Origin: an uncultured candidate division Zixibacteria bacterium
GTDB lineage: Bacteria; Zixibacteria; MSB-5A5; GN15; FEB-12
Assembly (NCBI GenBank): GCA_963664195.1
Contig: OY760907.1
Coordinates: 1,568,001 to 1,632,000 of the forward strand
DNA length: 64,000 nt
Reading direction: 5' to 3'
The number at the start of each line of letters is the position of its first letter. Within the stretch, counting starts at the first letter, position 1. The translations under genes were made by a program, and so were the position numbers. Of this stretch, positions 1 to 8,558 are shown piece by piece. The notes under the pieces were generated by a model. That model did not search any database. It was not told the DNA's origin and saw only the letters and a program-made list of their open reading frames with translations.

Positions 1-1123
1 AGGCCAGTCCGATATAGGTCAGCCCAACCGGCTTTTCCGGTGTGCCGCCTTCGGGGCCGGCGATGCCGGTTATTGAGAGCGCGTAGTCGGTGCCGAGTCT
101 GTTGCGGCAACCGGTCGCCATGGCGAGTGCCGTTTCTTCTGACACGGCTCCATGTTGCTCGATAGTCTCCGCCGGCACGTCGAGTTGGTTGACCTTGACC
201 TCGTTACTGTACGCCAGTACTCCGCCGACGAAGTACGCCGATGATCCGGATACGCTGGTGAGCGTCATGCCGAGTTGACCGCCGGTGCAGGATTCAGCCA
301 CGGAGATTGTCTTGTCATTGTCTTTCAGGAGTCGACCGACAACGCCTTCGAGGGTGTCCTCCTCGCGGCCGTAGATATGTTTGCCCGCAACTTTCTCGAG
401 GTAGTTGACGAGCTTCTGTGCTCGTTCATCAGCCTGATCCTGATCCTCGCCGGTGGCCAGAACTCGAAGTGTCACGCCCTTCGGCGACGGCAGGTAAGCG
501 AGTTTGACTCCCTGCCCAAGGTGCAGGTCGGCCTTGATGATCTCGGCCAGTTTGGATTCCATCACGCCGGTCGTGCGAATCGCCACGACTTTGATCGGCT
601 TGCCTTTGTTGAGACCTTTCAGGTAGGGGAGGACCTCATCGTCGATCATTTGCCGCATCTCAAACGGGACACCGGGCAGCGAGATGAACACGCGTCCGCT
701 TTCTGCTATACAGATTCCCAGAGCCGATCCGCCCTTGTTGGGGAAGAAGCTCGCGCCCTGAGGCAGCAGTGCCTGATTCTGATTGATTGCCGGCATTTCC
801 AGTCCGCGGGCTGCGAATCGTTGTTTCAGGTCTTCGAGAATGTCGTCGTGGAAGACAAGATTGCGTTTAAAGACCTTCACTACGGCGCGTTTGGTCATAT
901 CGTCATCGGTGGGGCCGAGGCCGCCGGTGGTGATTATGATTTTTGCCCGCGAGAGGGCGAGTTTGAAGGCTTCTTCCATCGCGTCCAGCGAATCACCCAC
1001 CGACGAGATGTACCGCACGTTGAACCCGGCAGAGGTCAATCGCTCGGAAATAAAGGCGCTGTTGGTATCTATGTTAAAGCCGGTGAGTATCTCGTCGCCG
1101 ATCGTGATGATTTCTATATCCAT
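1..1123 (-). CDS. cinA: Competence/damage-inducible protein CinA (MoCF-like N-terminus + NMN deamidase domain), truncated by the left window edge
   Basis: Manual translation from ATG at 1123: MDIEIITIGDEILTGFNIDTNSAF...ITTGGLGPTDDDMTK...AVAESCTGGQLG...GAVSEETALAMATG...ALSITGIAGPEGGTPEKPVGL. Not in the ORF track because it runs off the edge. Confidence 0.92.
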   Translation of the reverse strand, partial: MDIEIITIGDEILTGFNIDTNSAFISERLTSAGFNVRYISSVGDSLDAMEEAFKLALSRAKIIITTGGLGPTDDDMTKRAVVKVFKRNLVFHDDILEDLKQRFAARGLEMPAINQNQALLPQGASFFPNKGGSALGICIAESGRVFISLPGVPFEMRQMIDDEVLPYLKGLNKGKPIKVVAIRTTGVMESKLAEIIKADLHLGQGVKLAYLPSPKGVTLRVLATGEDQDQADERAQKLVNYLEKVAGKHIYGREEDTLEGVVGRLLKDNDKTISVAESCTGGQLGMTLTSVSGSSAYFVGGVLAYSNEVKVNQLDVPAETIEQHGAVSEETALAMATGCRNRLGTDYALSITGIAGPEGGTPEKPVGLTYIGLA

Positions 1124-1212
1124 CAGGAATTCCTCGAATGGTACCGCTGCGTCCGTGTCTCTCTGTATTTGCCTGTCAGGGCATATTCAACAGATGATTC
1201 TTTGTGCCTAAA

Positions 1213-1671
1213 TTACATGAATTTTGGTGCAAGGTAAATGACAATATGCAAGGCGATATTGGCCTGGATGCCGGCGATAACGTCGTCCATTGTCACCCCC
1301 CAGCCGCCGGGCAGGTTCTCCATCTGTCTCGCGGGCGGGATCTTGACAACATCAAACAGTCGGAAGGCAAAAAAGGCCGCGCCGTACCAGACGATATCCG
1401 GGGGGATGAACAGCAGGGTAATGAACATGCCGGTCCATTCATCCATGACTATTTTCCGGGCGTCATGGCCAAACAGTTTTTCCGCCTCACCGGCGGACCA
1501 GACCGAAAGACCGAAACTGACAGCCGCTGCCACCGAGAGTCCGACAACATCGCCGCGCAGCAGAAACCAGCCTATGAGCCAGGCCGGGATTGTCCCCCAG
1601 GTGCCTGCGTAAGGCCGCATATATCCGCTGAAGAGACCTGTGGCAACGAACTTAACGAAGAATTCTCTCAA
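1213..1671 (-). CDS. pgpA: Phosphatidylglycerophosphatase A
   Basis: AGTWGT, HDARKIVMDEW, FRLFDVVKIPP and GGWGVTMDDVIAG motifs; lies between pgsA and cinA. Confidence 0.93.
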   Translation of the reverse strand: MREFFVKFVATGLFSGYMRPYAGTWGTIPAWLIGWFLLRGDVVGLSVAAAVSFGLSVWSAGEAEKLFGHDARKIVMDEWTGMFITLLFIPPDIVWYGAAFFAFRLFDVVKIPPARQMENLPGGWGVTMDDVIAGIQANIALHIVIYLAPKFM

Positions 1672-1680
1672 GCGGTTACC

Positions 1681-2268
1681 CTATTTCAAGACGCTCTTGA
1701 TCATGTAGAAGTACTTGGCCACGTAGTCGATTCCGGTCCAGACGGTGACCACAGCAGTTGTCCAGAGCAGGCCGTTGAACCAGGGGCGATAGTCAAACTC
1801 GAAAATCCCGAATGCGTCGCTGTGAAAATGAGACAGAGCGCTGATAAGGCAGATGTACCCCATAACGACCCCGACAACAGTCATCTGGAGGAAAGTTTTC
1901 AGCTTGGCAAACCAGGTGGGCGGAATTACGACGCCTTTGTAGGCCGACAGGAGTCGAAGCCCGGTTATTGAAAACTCCCGACCGACAATGAACACCACCG
2001 GCAGAGGGGAGACATAATTAAGCGCGATAAACGATATGAGGGCTGACGAGACCAGTATCTTGTCGGCGAGGGGGTCCATGAATTTGCCGAACCCGGTGAT
2101 AATGCCGTACTTACGGGCATAATAGCCGTCGGCAAGGTCGGTCAGAGCCGCCACGATGAACAGGCCCAGAGCGATCAATCTCATGTAGAAATTGTCTATC
2201 AGGAAGAAAAACATGAAAACCGGTGCCAGGGCGATCCGCAGCAGGGTCAATGTGTTGGGCATATTCAT
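1681..2268 (-). CDS. pgsA: CDP-diacylglycerol--glycerol-3-phosphate 3-phosphatidyltransferase
   Basis: MNMPNTLTLLRI; CDP-alcohol phosphotransferase motif DLADGYYAR...GKFMDPLADK; start placed at ATG 2268. Confidence 0.93.
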   Translation of the reverse strand: MNMPNTLTLLRIALAPVFMFFFLIDNFYMRLIALGLFIVAALTDLADGYYARKYGIITGFGKFMDPLADKILVSSALISFIALNYVSPLPVVFIVGREFSITGLRLLSAYKGVVIPPTWFAKLKTFLQMTVVGVVMGYICLISALSHFHSDAFGIFEFDYRPWFNGLLWTTAVVTVWTGIDYVAKYFYMIKSVLK

Positions 2269-2276
2269 GGTTAGCA

Positions 2277-2305
2277 ATAATATAGCATCTCAAGGGCCTC
2301 GTCAA
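2277..2305 (-). promoter_or_regulatory. Sigma70-type promoter of pgsA (TTGACG-N17-TATTAT)
   Basis: Hexamers at 2300-2305 and 2277-2282; the -10 box ends 8 nt before the ATG. Confidence 0.5.
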
Positions 2306-2587
2306 GCAGTGAGGCAGATGGGGGCAGTTGTCAGCCGGGTGCCCCCCTTTCGCTTGGCGTGGGGATGTTGTGGGGCGGGGATGGACGCCCTTCCTTTGAA
2401 ATATCAAGGAGGCAAAAAGTTTTATATTGTCTGGATTGGCGTTTGGCTGGTGTCGGAGATTCTGCGCCGAAACGGCGGTTTGGCTGGAAGAGGGGGGCTT
2501 GTTGGGCTATCTGGCGCTGGCACCGTCGTCTATTGGAGATCGGGATAAAAGCCCTAAGATGTTTGCTGTCAACGTATTAAAGGGGAA

Positions 2588-2670
2588 TAAAAAACCCAGG
2601 CAAGTTGGTCGACCTACCTGGGTGGACGATATTAGGTAATCCACAGAAAGAGTAACACTTTCCGATTGCA
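2588..2670 (-). ncRNA. Candidate small RNA of about 80 nt
   Basis: TTGACA(2699-2704)-N17-TATCTT(2676-2681) promoter, followed about 80 nt later by a 12-bp stem ACCCAGGUAGGU/ACUUGCCUGGGU + U-run; the G-U pairs fit only the minus strand. Confidence 0.55.
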
Positions 2671-2841
2671 TTCAGAAGATAGCGGAAGGTGTTGATTTTG
2701 TCAAGGGAAAAATGGTCTTCTATGAAGAATCGGTTGGGGGCTTCAGTCAAGTTTTTTTTTCGGGTATTTTGTGTTCTGGGGGTGGTTTGACCGAACGATC
2801 GTCCTCGAAGTGCTTATCAGATCGGGCGGCAGGTGTATGCT

Positions 2842-2940
2842 GGAGTCGTCAGACGGGGTCGTCTAGCTGTACTTAGCGGGAAAACTCAGAATACTTCTCC
2901 CCCTGATACGTGTCGTCAGACGACCCCGTCTGACGACTAC
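2842..2940. repeat. Inverted pair of REP-like palindromes (family A)
   Basis: GGAG-TCGTCAGACGGGGTCGTCT (2842-2864) and its reverse complement GTCGTCAGACGACCCCGTCTGACGAC-TAC (2912-2940; GTAG foot on the minus strand). Confidence 0.75.
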
Positions 2941-2949
2941 TTACTTGCA

Positions 2950-2999
2950 CAAAAGAAGACACCGGGATGAAAGGAGGAGAAAGCCTTTCAGTCCCGGTG
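2950..2999 (-). terminator. Intrinsic terminator downstream of nrdJ
   Basis: Stem CACCGGGA-TGAAAGG...CCTTTCA-G-TCCCGGTG followed by TCTTCTTTT on the minus strand. Confidence 0.65.
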
Positions 3000-3029
3000 C
3001 CTCTTACACAGGAATGTAGGTCGGGTCGA

Positions 3030-6000
3030 TCAGGAACAGCCTGAAGTAGCGCCGCATGTGTCGCACTTCAAGCATGTACCATTGCGGACCATTGTGAACA
3101 GTCCACATTCAGCACACATATCCCCTTCGTACCCTCTCAGTCGCGCGAGTCGGATTTCTTGTTGGAGACGGTACTCTCCCGCTTTGTCTTCTCGGGTTTC
3201 GCCTGTCGACACAAACTCAAGCACCGTCTTCGACTGCGCATCTGCTGTTGCAACCGGAGCGTCCATCTGCTCACCATTACCGTTACCTCCGGGTTTCCTG
3301 TCGATCAAGACCGTCTTGACTGCGCATCTGCGTTGCAACCGGAGCGTCCATCTGTTTACCGTTCTCCTCCGTTGACCGTTGCCGCCGTTCCCGTTTGTTC
3401 CCCCGTTATTTTTGTGACTCTCGCCGGTGGCGTCAAACCGCAGGTGAGAGCTATAAATATCCGTGTTACTGCGTCTTGCATCATTCAACTGTCCGGTGAC
3501 ACTGGCTGTGGCCGGTTCCTCGGCCTCAAACTCAATCGACTCGTCTTTCGGTGTTCCGAGAGTATCCGAGCGAAGATCCTCCGGTTTGATATGAGCCAGA
3601 TCGGTTCGGTCGAGGTAGGTGATGGCCAACTCACGGAAGATGTAGTCGATGATTGAGGTGGCCATTTTGATGGACTTGTTGCCGTTGACCATGCCGCTTG
3701 GTTCAAAGCGACTGAACAGGAAAGCCTCGACAAACTCCTCGAGCGGTACGCCGTGCTGAAGGCCCAGCGATACTGCTATTGCAAAGCTGTTCATCAGCGA
3801 CCGGAACGCAGCGCCCTCACGATGCATGTCGAGGAAGATTTCGCCGAGCGTACCGTCGGTGTATTCTCCGGTCCGCAGATATACTTTGTGTCCGCCAACC
3901 ACTGCTTTCTGCGTGTAGCCTGCGCGGCGGTGCGGGAGCTTGCGGCGTTTGGCGATGTAACGATACATGAGCCGTTCGCTCATCTTGCGCGCGGCATGCT
4001 GGACCGAGACGTTTTCTTCATCGCCGGAATCGTCGCCGTCGTCAAACAGAGAAGAACTGAGGGGCTGGCTGAGTTTGGAACCGTCGCGGTAAAGCGCCAC
4101 CGATTTGTTCATCGATTCCCAGGCCAGCATATAGGCTTTTTTGACTTCTTCAATGGTCGCCTCGGCTGGCATGTTAATCGTCTTGGAGATGGCTCCGGAT
4201 ATGAACGGCTGAGCGGCCGCCATCATTCTGATATGAGCTTCGAATTTGATGAAGCGTGTTCCCCGATGACCACACCTGTTGGCGCAGTCAAAAATCGGCA
4301 GGTGGGATTCCTTGATTTTCGGTGCGCCCTCGAGGGTCATCGTACCACAGCAGTATTCGTTGGCCGCGTCGATTTGCTCCTTGGTGAATCCGAGTTCGCG
4401 AAGCAGGTTGAAATCCCAAGCGTCGACAGTTTTGGCATCGAATCCGAGCGTGTCATGTACAAACTCTTCGCCGAGCACGTGTTTATTAAAGGCGAAACTG
4501 ATATCAAACACGTTTTCGAGCGCCGTTTCGAGTTTGTCGAGTTCTTCATCGCTGAATCCTTTTGCTTTCAGCGATTCATGGTTCACGTACGGTGACTGTT
4601 TGAGTGTCTTGTGACCGGTGGCGTACGTGATGATTGCTCTGACTTCGTCTTCGGAGTAGCCGAGTCTTTTGAGGGCAATCGGAACGGACCTGTTGATGAT
4701 CTTGAAATAGCCGCCGCCGGCGAGCTTTTTGAATTTCACCAGCGAGAAGTCCGGTTCGATACCGGTTGTGTCGCAGTCCATCAGCAAGCCGATTGTGCCG
4801 GTCGGTGCTACGACTGTTGTTTGCGCGTTGCGGTAGCCGTGTACCTCGCCTTGTTCTACCGCTTCATCCCATACCGTTCGGGCAGCCTGTACCAGATTTT
4901 CAGGAAGATAATTCGGATTAATTCCCATTGGTTTGATGGTCAGGTTCTCGTATTCGGAGCGGTCAGAATTATAGGCCGCCCGACGGTGATTGCGCATTAC
5001 CCGCAGCATGTGGTCGCGGTTGCGATAATAGCCGGGGAACGGACCCAGCTCACGGGACATCTCGGCGGAAGTCACGTAAGCCTGTCCGGTCAGGATGGCT
5101 GAAATCGCCCCTGCCCACGCGTAGCCGCGAGAGGAATCGTACGGTATGCCAAGACGCATCAGCATCGTGCCAAGATTGGCGAACCCGAGGCCGAGCGTGC
5201 GAAACTCGTAGCTTTTTTGTGCGATAGCCTGCGACGGGAACGAGGCCATCAGCACCGATATCTCCAGCACTACTGTCCAGACGCGGGCAGCGTGGCGGAA
5301 ACCGTCGATATCAAACACGCCGTCGTCGTCAAGAAACTTGGCCAGATTGAGCGAGGCCAGGTTGCAGGCTGTGTCATCGAGGAACATGTATTCCGAACAC
5401 GGATTGGAGGCGTTGATGCGTCCGTCTTCGGGACAGGTGTGCCATTCATTAATGGTACTGTCGAATTGGACACCCGGATCGGCGCAGGCCCAGGCGGCGT
5501 GACAAATCTTCTCCCAGAGGTCATCGGCGGAAACTGTAGAGGCGATGTCTCCGTTGGTGCGGAATCTCAGCGGCCAGTCTTCGTGGGCTTTCAGTTTCCT
5601 GAAGAACTCGTTCGGGATGCGGACGGAGTTGTTTGAATTCTGTCCTGCGACCGTAACGTAGGACTCGTTTTCCCAATTGGTATCCATATCGATGAAATCG
5701 ATTTCCTGGATACCCTGTACGGCAAGTTCCATAACTTTGCGGATGTACGTAGCCGGAACCTGGAACTGGCGTGCAGTGGCGAGTGCCCGTTTGAGGGACT
5801 TATTTTTCTTCGGGTCGATTTCACAGCAGGTTTTGCCGTGTTTGTCGGTCATGTTGGTGGCTTCAAAAATCTTCTTGAGTTGAATGCTGATGATTTTCGA
5901 GCCGGCAACGAGTGCGGCGACTTTCTGTTCCTCGACTACTTTCCAATTGACGAACTCTTCAATATCGGGGTGATCCAGGTCGAGGGTGACCATTTTGGCT

Positions 6001-6782
6001 GCGCGACGTGTGGTGCCGCCGGACTTGATAGCGCCTGCCGCACGATCGCCGATCTTGAGGAACGACATGAGACCGGAGGACTTTCCTCCGCCGGAGAGCG
6101 GTTCACCGCCGCCGCGGATTTTGGAGAAATTGGAGCCAGTGCCGGAGCCGTACTTGAACAAGCGTGCCTCACGCACCCAGAGATCCATGATGCCGCCCTC
6201 GTTGACAAGATCGTCAGAGACGGACTGGATGAAACAGGCGTGTGGCTGCGGGTGTTCGTAGGCGTTTTTTGCCTGCGTCATGGTGTGCGTGTTGGGGTCT
6301 ACAAAGTAGTGTCCCTGCGCCACGCCGGAAATGCCATAAGATTGATACAGTCCGGTATTGAACCATTGCGGGGAGTTCGGAGCTGAAATCTGTGCAGCGA
6401 GCATGTAGAGAAGCTCGTCCTCGAATATCTGAGCGTCGTTCTCGGACTCAAAATACCCGTTTTGCTCGCCCCAGTGTCGCCAGCAACCGGCCAGGCGCCG
6501 GAAAATCTGACGGGCGTCAGTCTCGCCACCGGTTTTCTGTCTGCCGTTTTCATCGAGTTCGGGATTGCCCTGCGCATCGACCTGCGGCACTCCCGCTTTG
6601 CGGAAGTATTTTTGTGCCAAGATGTCAACGGCCACGGTGGACCAACTGTCCGGTACCTGGATATTGTCCAGTTTGAACACGGTTGATCCGTCCGGGTCTT
6701 TGATCTCCGAAGAACGCCCGACAAAATTAAACCGGGCAAAGGGCGATTCACCTTCGCGGGTAAAATATCGCTGAAACTTCAA
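3030..6782 (-). CDS. nrdJ: Class II adenosylcobalamin-dependent ribonucleotide reductase with C-terminal TSCPD-like/Zn-ribbon region
   Basis: [53 protein letters not shown]-terminal CAECG...[14 protein letters not shown] start. Confidence 0.96.
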   Translation of the reverse strand: MKFQRYFTREGESPFARFNFVGRSSEIKDPDGSTVFKLDNIQVPDSWSTVAVDILAQKYFRKAGVPQVDAQGNPELDENGRQKTGGETDARQIFRRLAGCWRHWGEQNGYFESENDAQIFEDELLYMLAAQISAPNSPQWFNTGLYQSYGISGVAQGHYFVDPNTHTMTQAKNAYEHPQPHACFIQSVSDDLVNEGGIMDLWVREARLFKYGSGTGSNFSKIRGGGEPLSGGGKSSGLMSFLKIGDRAAGAIKSGGTTRRAAKMVTLDLDHPDIEEFVNWKVVEEQKVAALVAGSKIISIQLKKIFEATNMTDKHGKTCCEIDPKKNKSLKRALATARQFQVPATYIRKVMELAVQGIQEIDFIDMDTNWENESYVTVAGQNSNNSVRIPNEFFRKLKAHEDWPLRFRTNGDIASTVSADDLWEKICHAAWACADPGVQFDSTINEWHTCPEDGRINASNPCSEYMFLDDTACNLASLNLAKFLDDDGVFDIDGFRHAARVWTVVLEISVLMASFPSQAIAQKSYEFRTLGLGFANLGTMLMRLGIPYDSSRGYAWAGAISAILTGQAYVTSAEMSRELGPFPGYYRNRDHMLRVMRNHRRAAYNSDRSEYENLTIKPMGINPNYLPENLVQAARTVWDEAVEQGEVHGYRNAQTTVVAPTGTIGLLMDCDTTGIEPDFSLVKFKKLAGGGYFKIINRSVPIALKRLGYSEDEVRAIITYATGHKTLKQSPYVNHESLKAKGFSDEELDKLETALENVFDISFAFNKHVLGEEFVHDTLGFDAKTVDAWDFNLLRELGFTKEQIDAANEYCCGTMTLEGAPKIKESHLPIFDCANRCGHRGTRFIKFEAHIRMMAAAQPFISGAISKTINMPAEATIEEVKKAYMLAWESMNKSVALYRDGSKLSQPLSSSLFDDGDDSGDEENVSVQHAARKMSERLMYRYIAKRRKLPHRRAGYTQKAVVGGHKVYLRTGEYTDGTLGEIFLDMHREGAAFRSLMNSFAIAVSLGLQHGVPLEEFVEAFLFSRFEPSGMVNGNKSIKMATSIIDYIFRELAITYLDRTDLAHIKPEDLRSDTLGTPKDESIEFEAEEPATASVTGQLNDARRSNTDIYSSHLRFDATGESHKNNGGTNGNGGNGQRRRTVNRWTLRLQRRCAVKTVLIDRKPGGNGNGEQMDAPVATADAQSKTVLEFVSTGETREDKAGEYRLQQEIRLARLRGYEGDMCAECGLFTMVRNGTCLKCDTCGATSGCS

Positions 6783-6965
6783 GAAGTACCTCCTGTACCC
6801 TCAATCCCCGACCAAAAAACAGGGACAACCCATCCTCAAGATACCGATTTCATTGGCCGCAATCCTTTTGTCAGCCAGGTGTGAGTGAAAATCCGTATCA
6901 GTCCTCGTGTTTTCGTTCCAAAGTCGATCTGGGGGCTAGTTACTCTGCTTCCATCCTCCTGTGTG

Positions 6966-7012
6966 GCACAATATATTGTGGTTGGAGATTTCAACACCAC
7001 CAAAAATTGTGG
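6966..7012. promoter_or_regulatory. Tandem NrdR boxes
   Basis: GCACAATATATTGTGG (6966-6981) and CCACCAAAAATTGTGG (6997-7012) resemble the acaCwAtATaTwGtg consensus, start 31 bp apart, upstream of nrdJ. Confidence 0.85.
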
Positions 7013-7379
7013 CAAAATCGCAAAAAACCTGTATTCCCTTGATATTCAAGTATCTATCAAAAGAGGACAATAATGGGGATTTGATGTCGAAGCGCACGAT
7101 CTGCGATTACTCACGTTTCAGGTGTCAGTAATGTGTTGTTTTACAGTGAGTTAGTCGCCCGGAAATTATCTGCGGAGTTTTCCACAATGCCAATTGCAAT
7201 TCGCGACAGCTTAATCGACTGATTATCAGTAAGTTACGCGACCGAGGAAAAGTCTTCCACATCCTGTCCACATGTTGTTGACAAAATGTGGGGGAAATCT
7301 GACTCAATGGGTTGTTTTCGCACGGTCCGTTTTGGGGAGATTTGGGGTAGGACCTGAAAGAAGGCCCGTTCGATTCCTG

Positions 7380-7571
7380 GCTCCGGACGAGGTGCCGAAC
7401 ACCGATGGGGCGGTTTCCACGGGGCGAAGATGGCAGAACCGCTTTGGGAGCTGTGTCTGGCTCGCGAATGCGTTTGCTCGAGTTCTGCTCTACGGGAGAG
7501 CGGCCGAAGCTCCATCCGACGCTTAGCTCTGGACGGGGTACCGAAGACCGATGGGGCGGTTTTCGCAGGGG
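7380..7571 (+). repeat. Imperfect direct repeat of about 45 bp, two copies
   Basis: 7380-7424 GCTCCGGACGAGGTGCCGAACACCGATGGGGCGGTTTCCACGGGG vs 7526-7571 GCTCTGGACGGGGTACCGAAGACCGATGGGGCGGTTTTCGCAGGGG. Confidence 0.7.
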
Positions 7572-7779
7572 ACTGTCACCGCGGGATTCTCGCTATCAGC
7601 GCAATTGCGGGAACAATCAAGTGTCGGGTCGGTTTGCATCGGTAAGGGTGCCGTTTTGGCGTCCGGCACAAATGTGGACCGACATTGCTGCCTTGGGTTA
7701 TTTCCGGTTTGGATCAACAGTGGCGATGGGTTTGGCGTGTTTTCAGAAAACTACGTGGATAGGTTGCAGCAATTATAAG

Positions 7780-7809
7780 TTGACAGGTGCAGATCGCTGA
7801 CGCTATTTT
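7780..7809 (+). promoter_or_regulatory. Putative sigma70 promoter of the act operon
   Basis: TTGACA-N18-TATTTT about 95 bp upstream of actA. Confidence 0.4.
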
Positions 7810-7902
7810 CTTCCCGGTGCGGATGTGGTTTAGTGGAATCATTATATCTACAATATCCGGTTAAGCGTCGCGCAAAGCAAAAGGCAGGTTGGAAGGTTTT
7901 CA

Positions 7903-8550
7903 TTGGCACAGATATTTCCCAAATGGACTAATCATCTACCCACTATGGTGGCGCTGGGCGGTTTTATCGCTCTCGTTATCGGGGTGGGGGGAGTCTGGTA
8001 CTTCTTTTCGCCGAAATATACCGATGTCGGTTATCAGCCGGTGCAGCCGGTGGAATACAGTCACAAGGTCCATGTCGGTGATCTCGGGATGGATTGCCGC
8101 TACTGTCACACGGGAGTTGAGACCCAGGCACATGCCAATGTGCCGCCGACACGAACCTGCATGAACTGTCATACAATGGTGAAGGCCGAGAGTGACAGCT
8201 TGGCACTGGTGCGAGAGAGTTTCATCTCCGGGCAGCCGATGGAATGGGTGCGGGTGCACAATCTCCCCGACTACGTCTATTTTGATCACTCGGCGCACAT
8301 AAATGTGGGAGTCGGCTGCAAGAGCTGCCACGGCCCGATCGACAAGATGGAGAGGGTTCGTTTGGCGGAACCGTTGAATATGGGCTGGTGTCTGGATTGC
8401 CATCGCAACCCGGATCCGCATCTTCGCCCGCTGGAAGAAGTCACCAATATGAACTGGCAGCCGCCGGTAGATCAGGCGGCGTTTGCTATCACTACCAGAC
8501 AAGAGAGAAAAATCAACCCGCCGACCGACTGCTCGGCGTGTCATCGATAG
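7903..8550 (+). CDS. actA: Alternative complex III pentaheme cytochrome c subunit ActA
   Basis: N-terminal TM helix, QPVQPVEYSH, five CxxCH motifs (CRYCH, CMNCH, CKSCH, CLDCH, CSACH). Confidence 0.93.
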   Translation: MAQIFPKWTNHLPTMVALGGFIALVIGVGGVWYFFSPKYTDVGYQPVQPVEYSHKVHVGDLGMDCRYCHTGVETQAHANVPPTRTCMNCHTMVKAESDSLALVRESFISGQPMEWVRVHNLPDYVYFDHSAHINVGVGCKSCHGPIDKMERVRLAEPLNMGWCLDCHRNPDPHLRPLEEVTNMNWQPPVDQAAFAITTRQERKINPPTDCSACHR

Positions 8551-8558
8551 AGACTGAT

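Noticed and set aside
275..1237. 320-aa plus-strand ORF and other long antisense ORFs (e.g. 3753-4595, 24368-25243, 54584-55666)
   Set aside because: Shadow frames of well-supported genes on the opposite strand in GC-rich DNA
3030..6782. Intein in nrdJ
   Set aside because: No C/S…HN-C/S/T splice motifs or LAGLIDADG blocks seen; the length is explained by known insert and C-terminal regions
6790..7900. oriC or cobalamin riboswitch
   Set aside because: No dnaA/dnaN context and few perfect boxes; no recognisable B12 box
8388..8558. N-terminal extension of actB in the ORF track
   Set aside because: Overlaps actA; family-like sequence begins at ATG 8559
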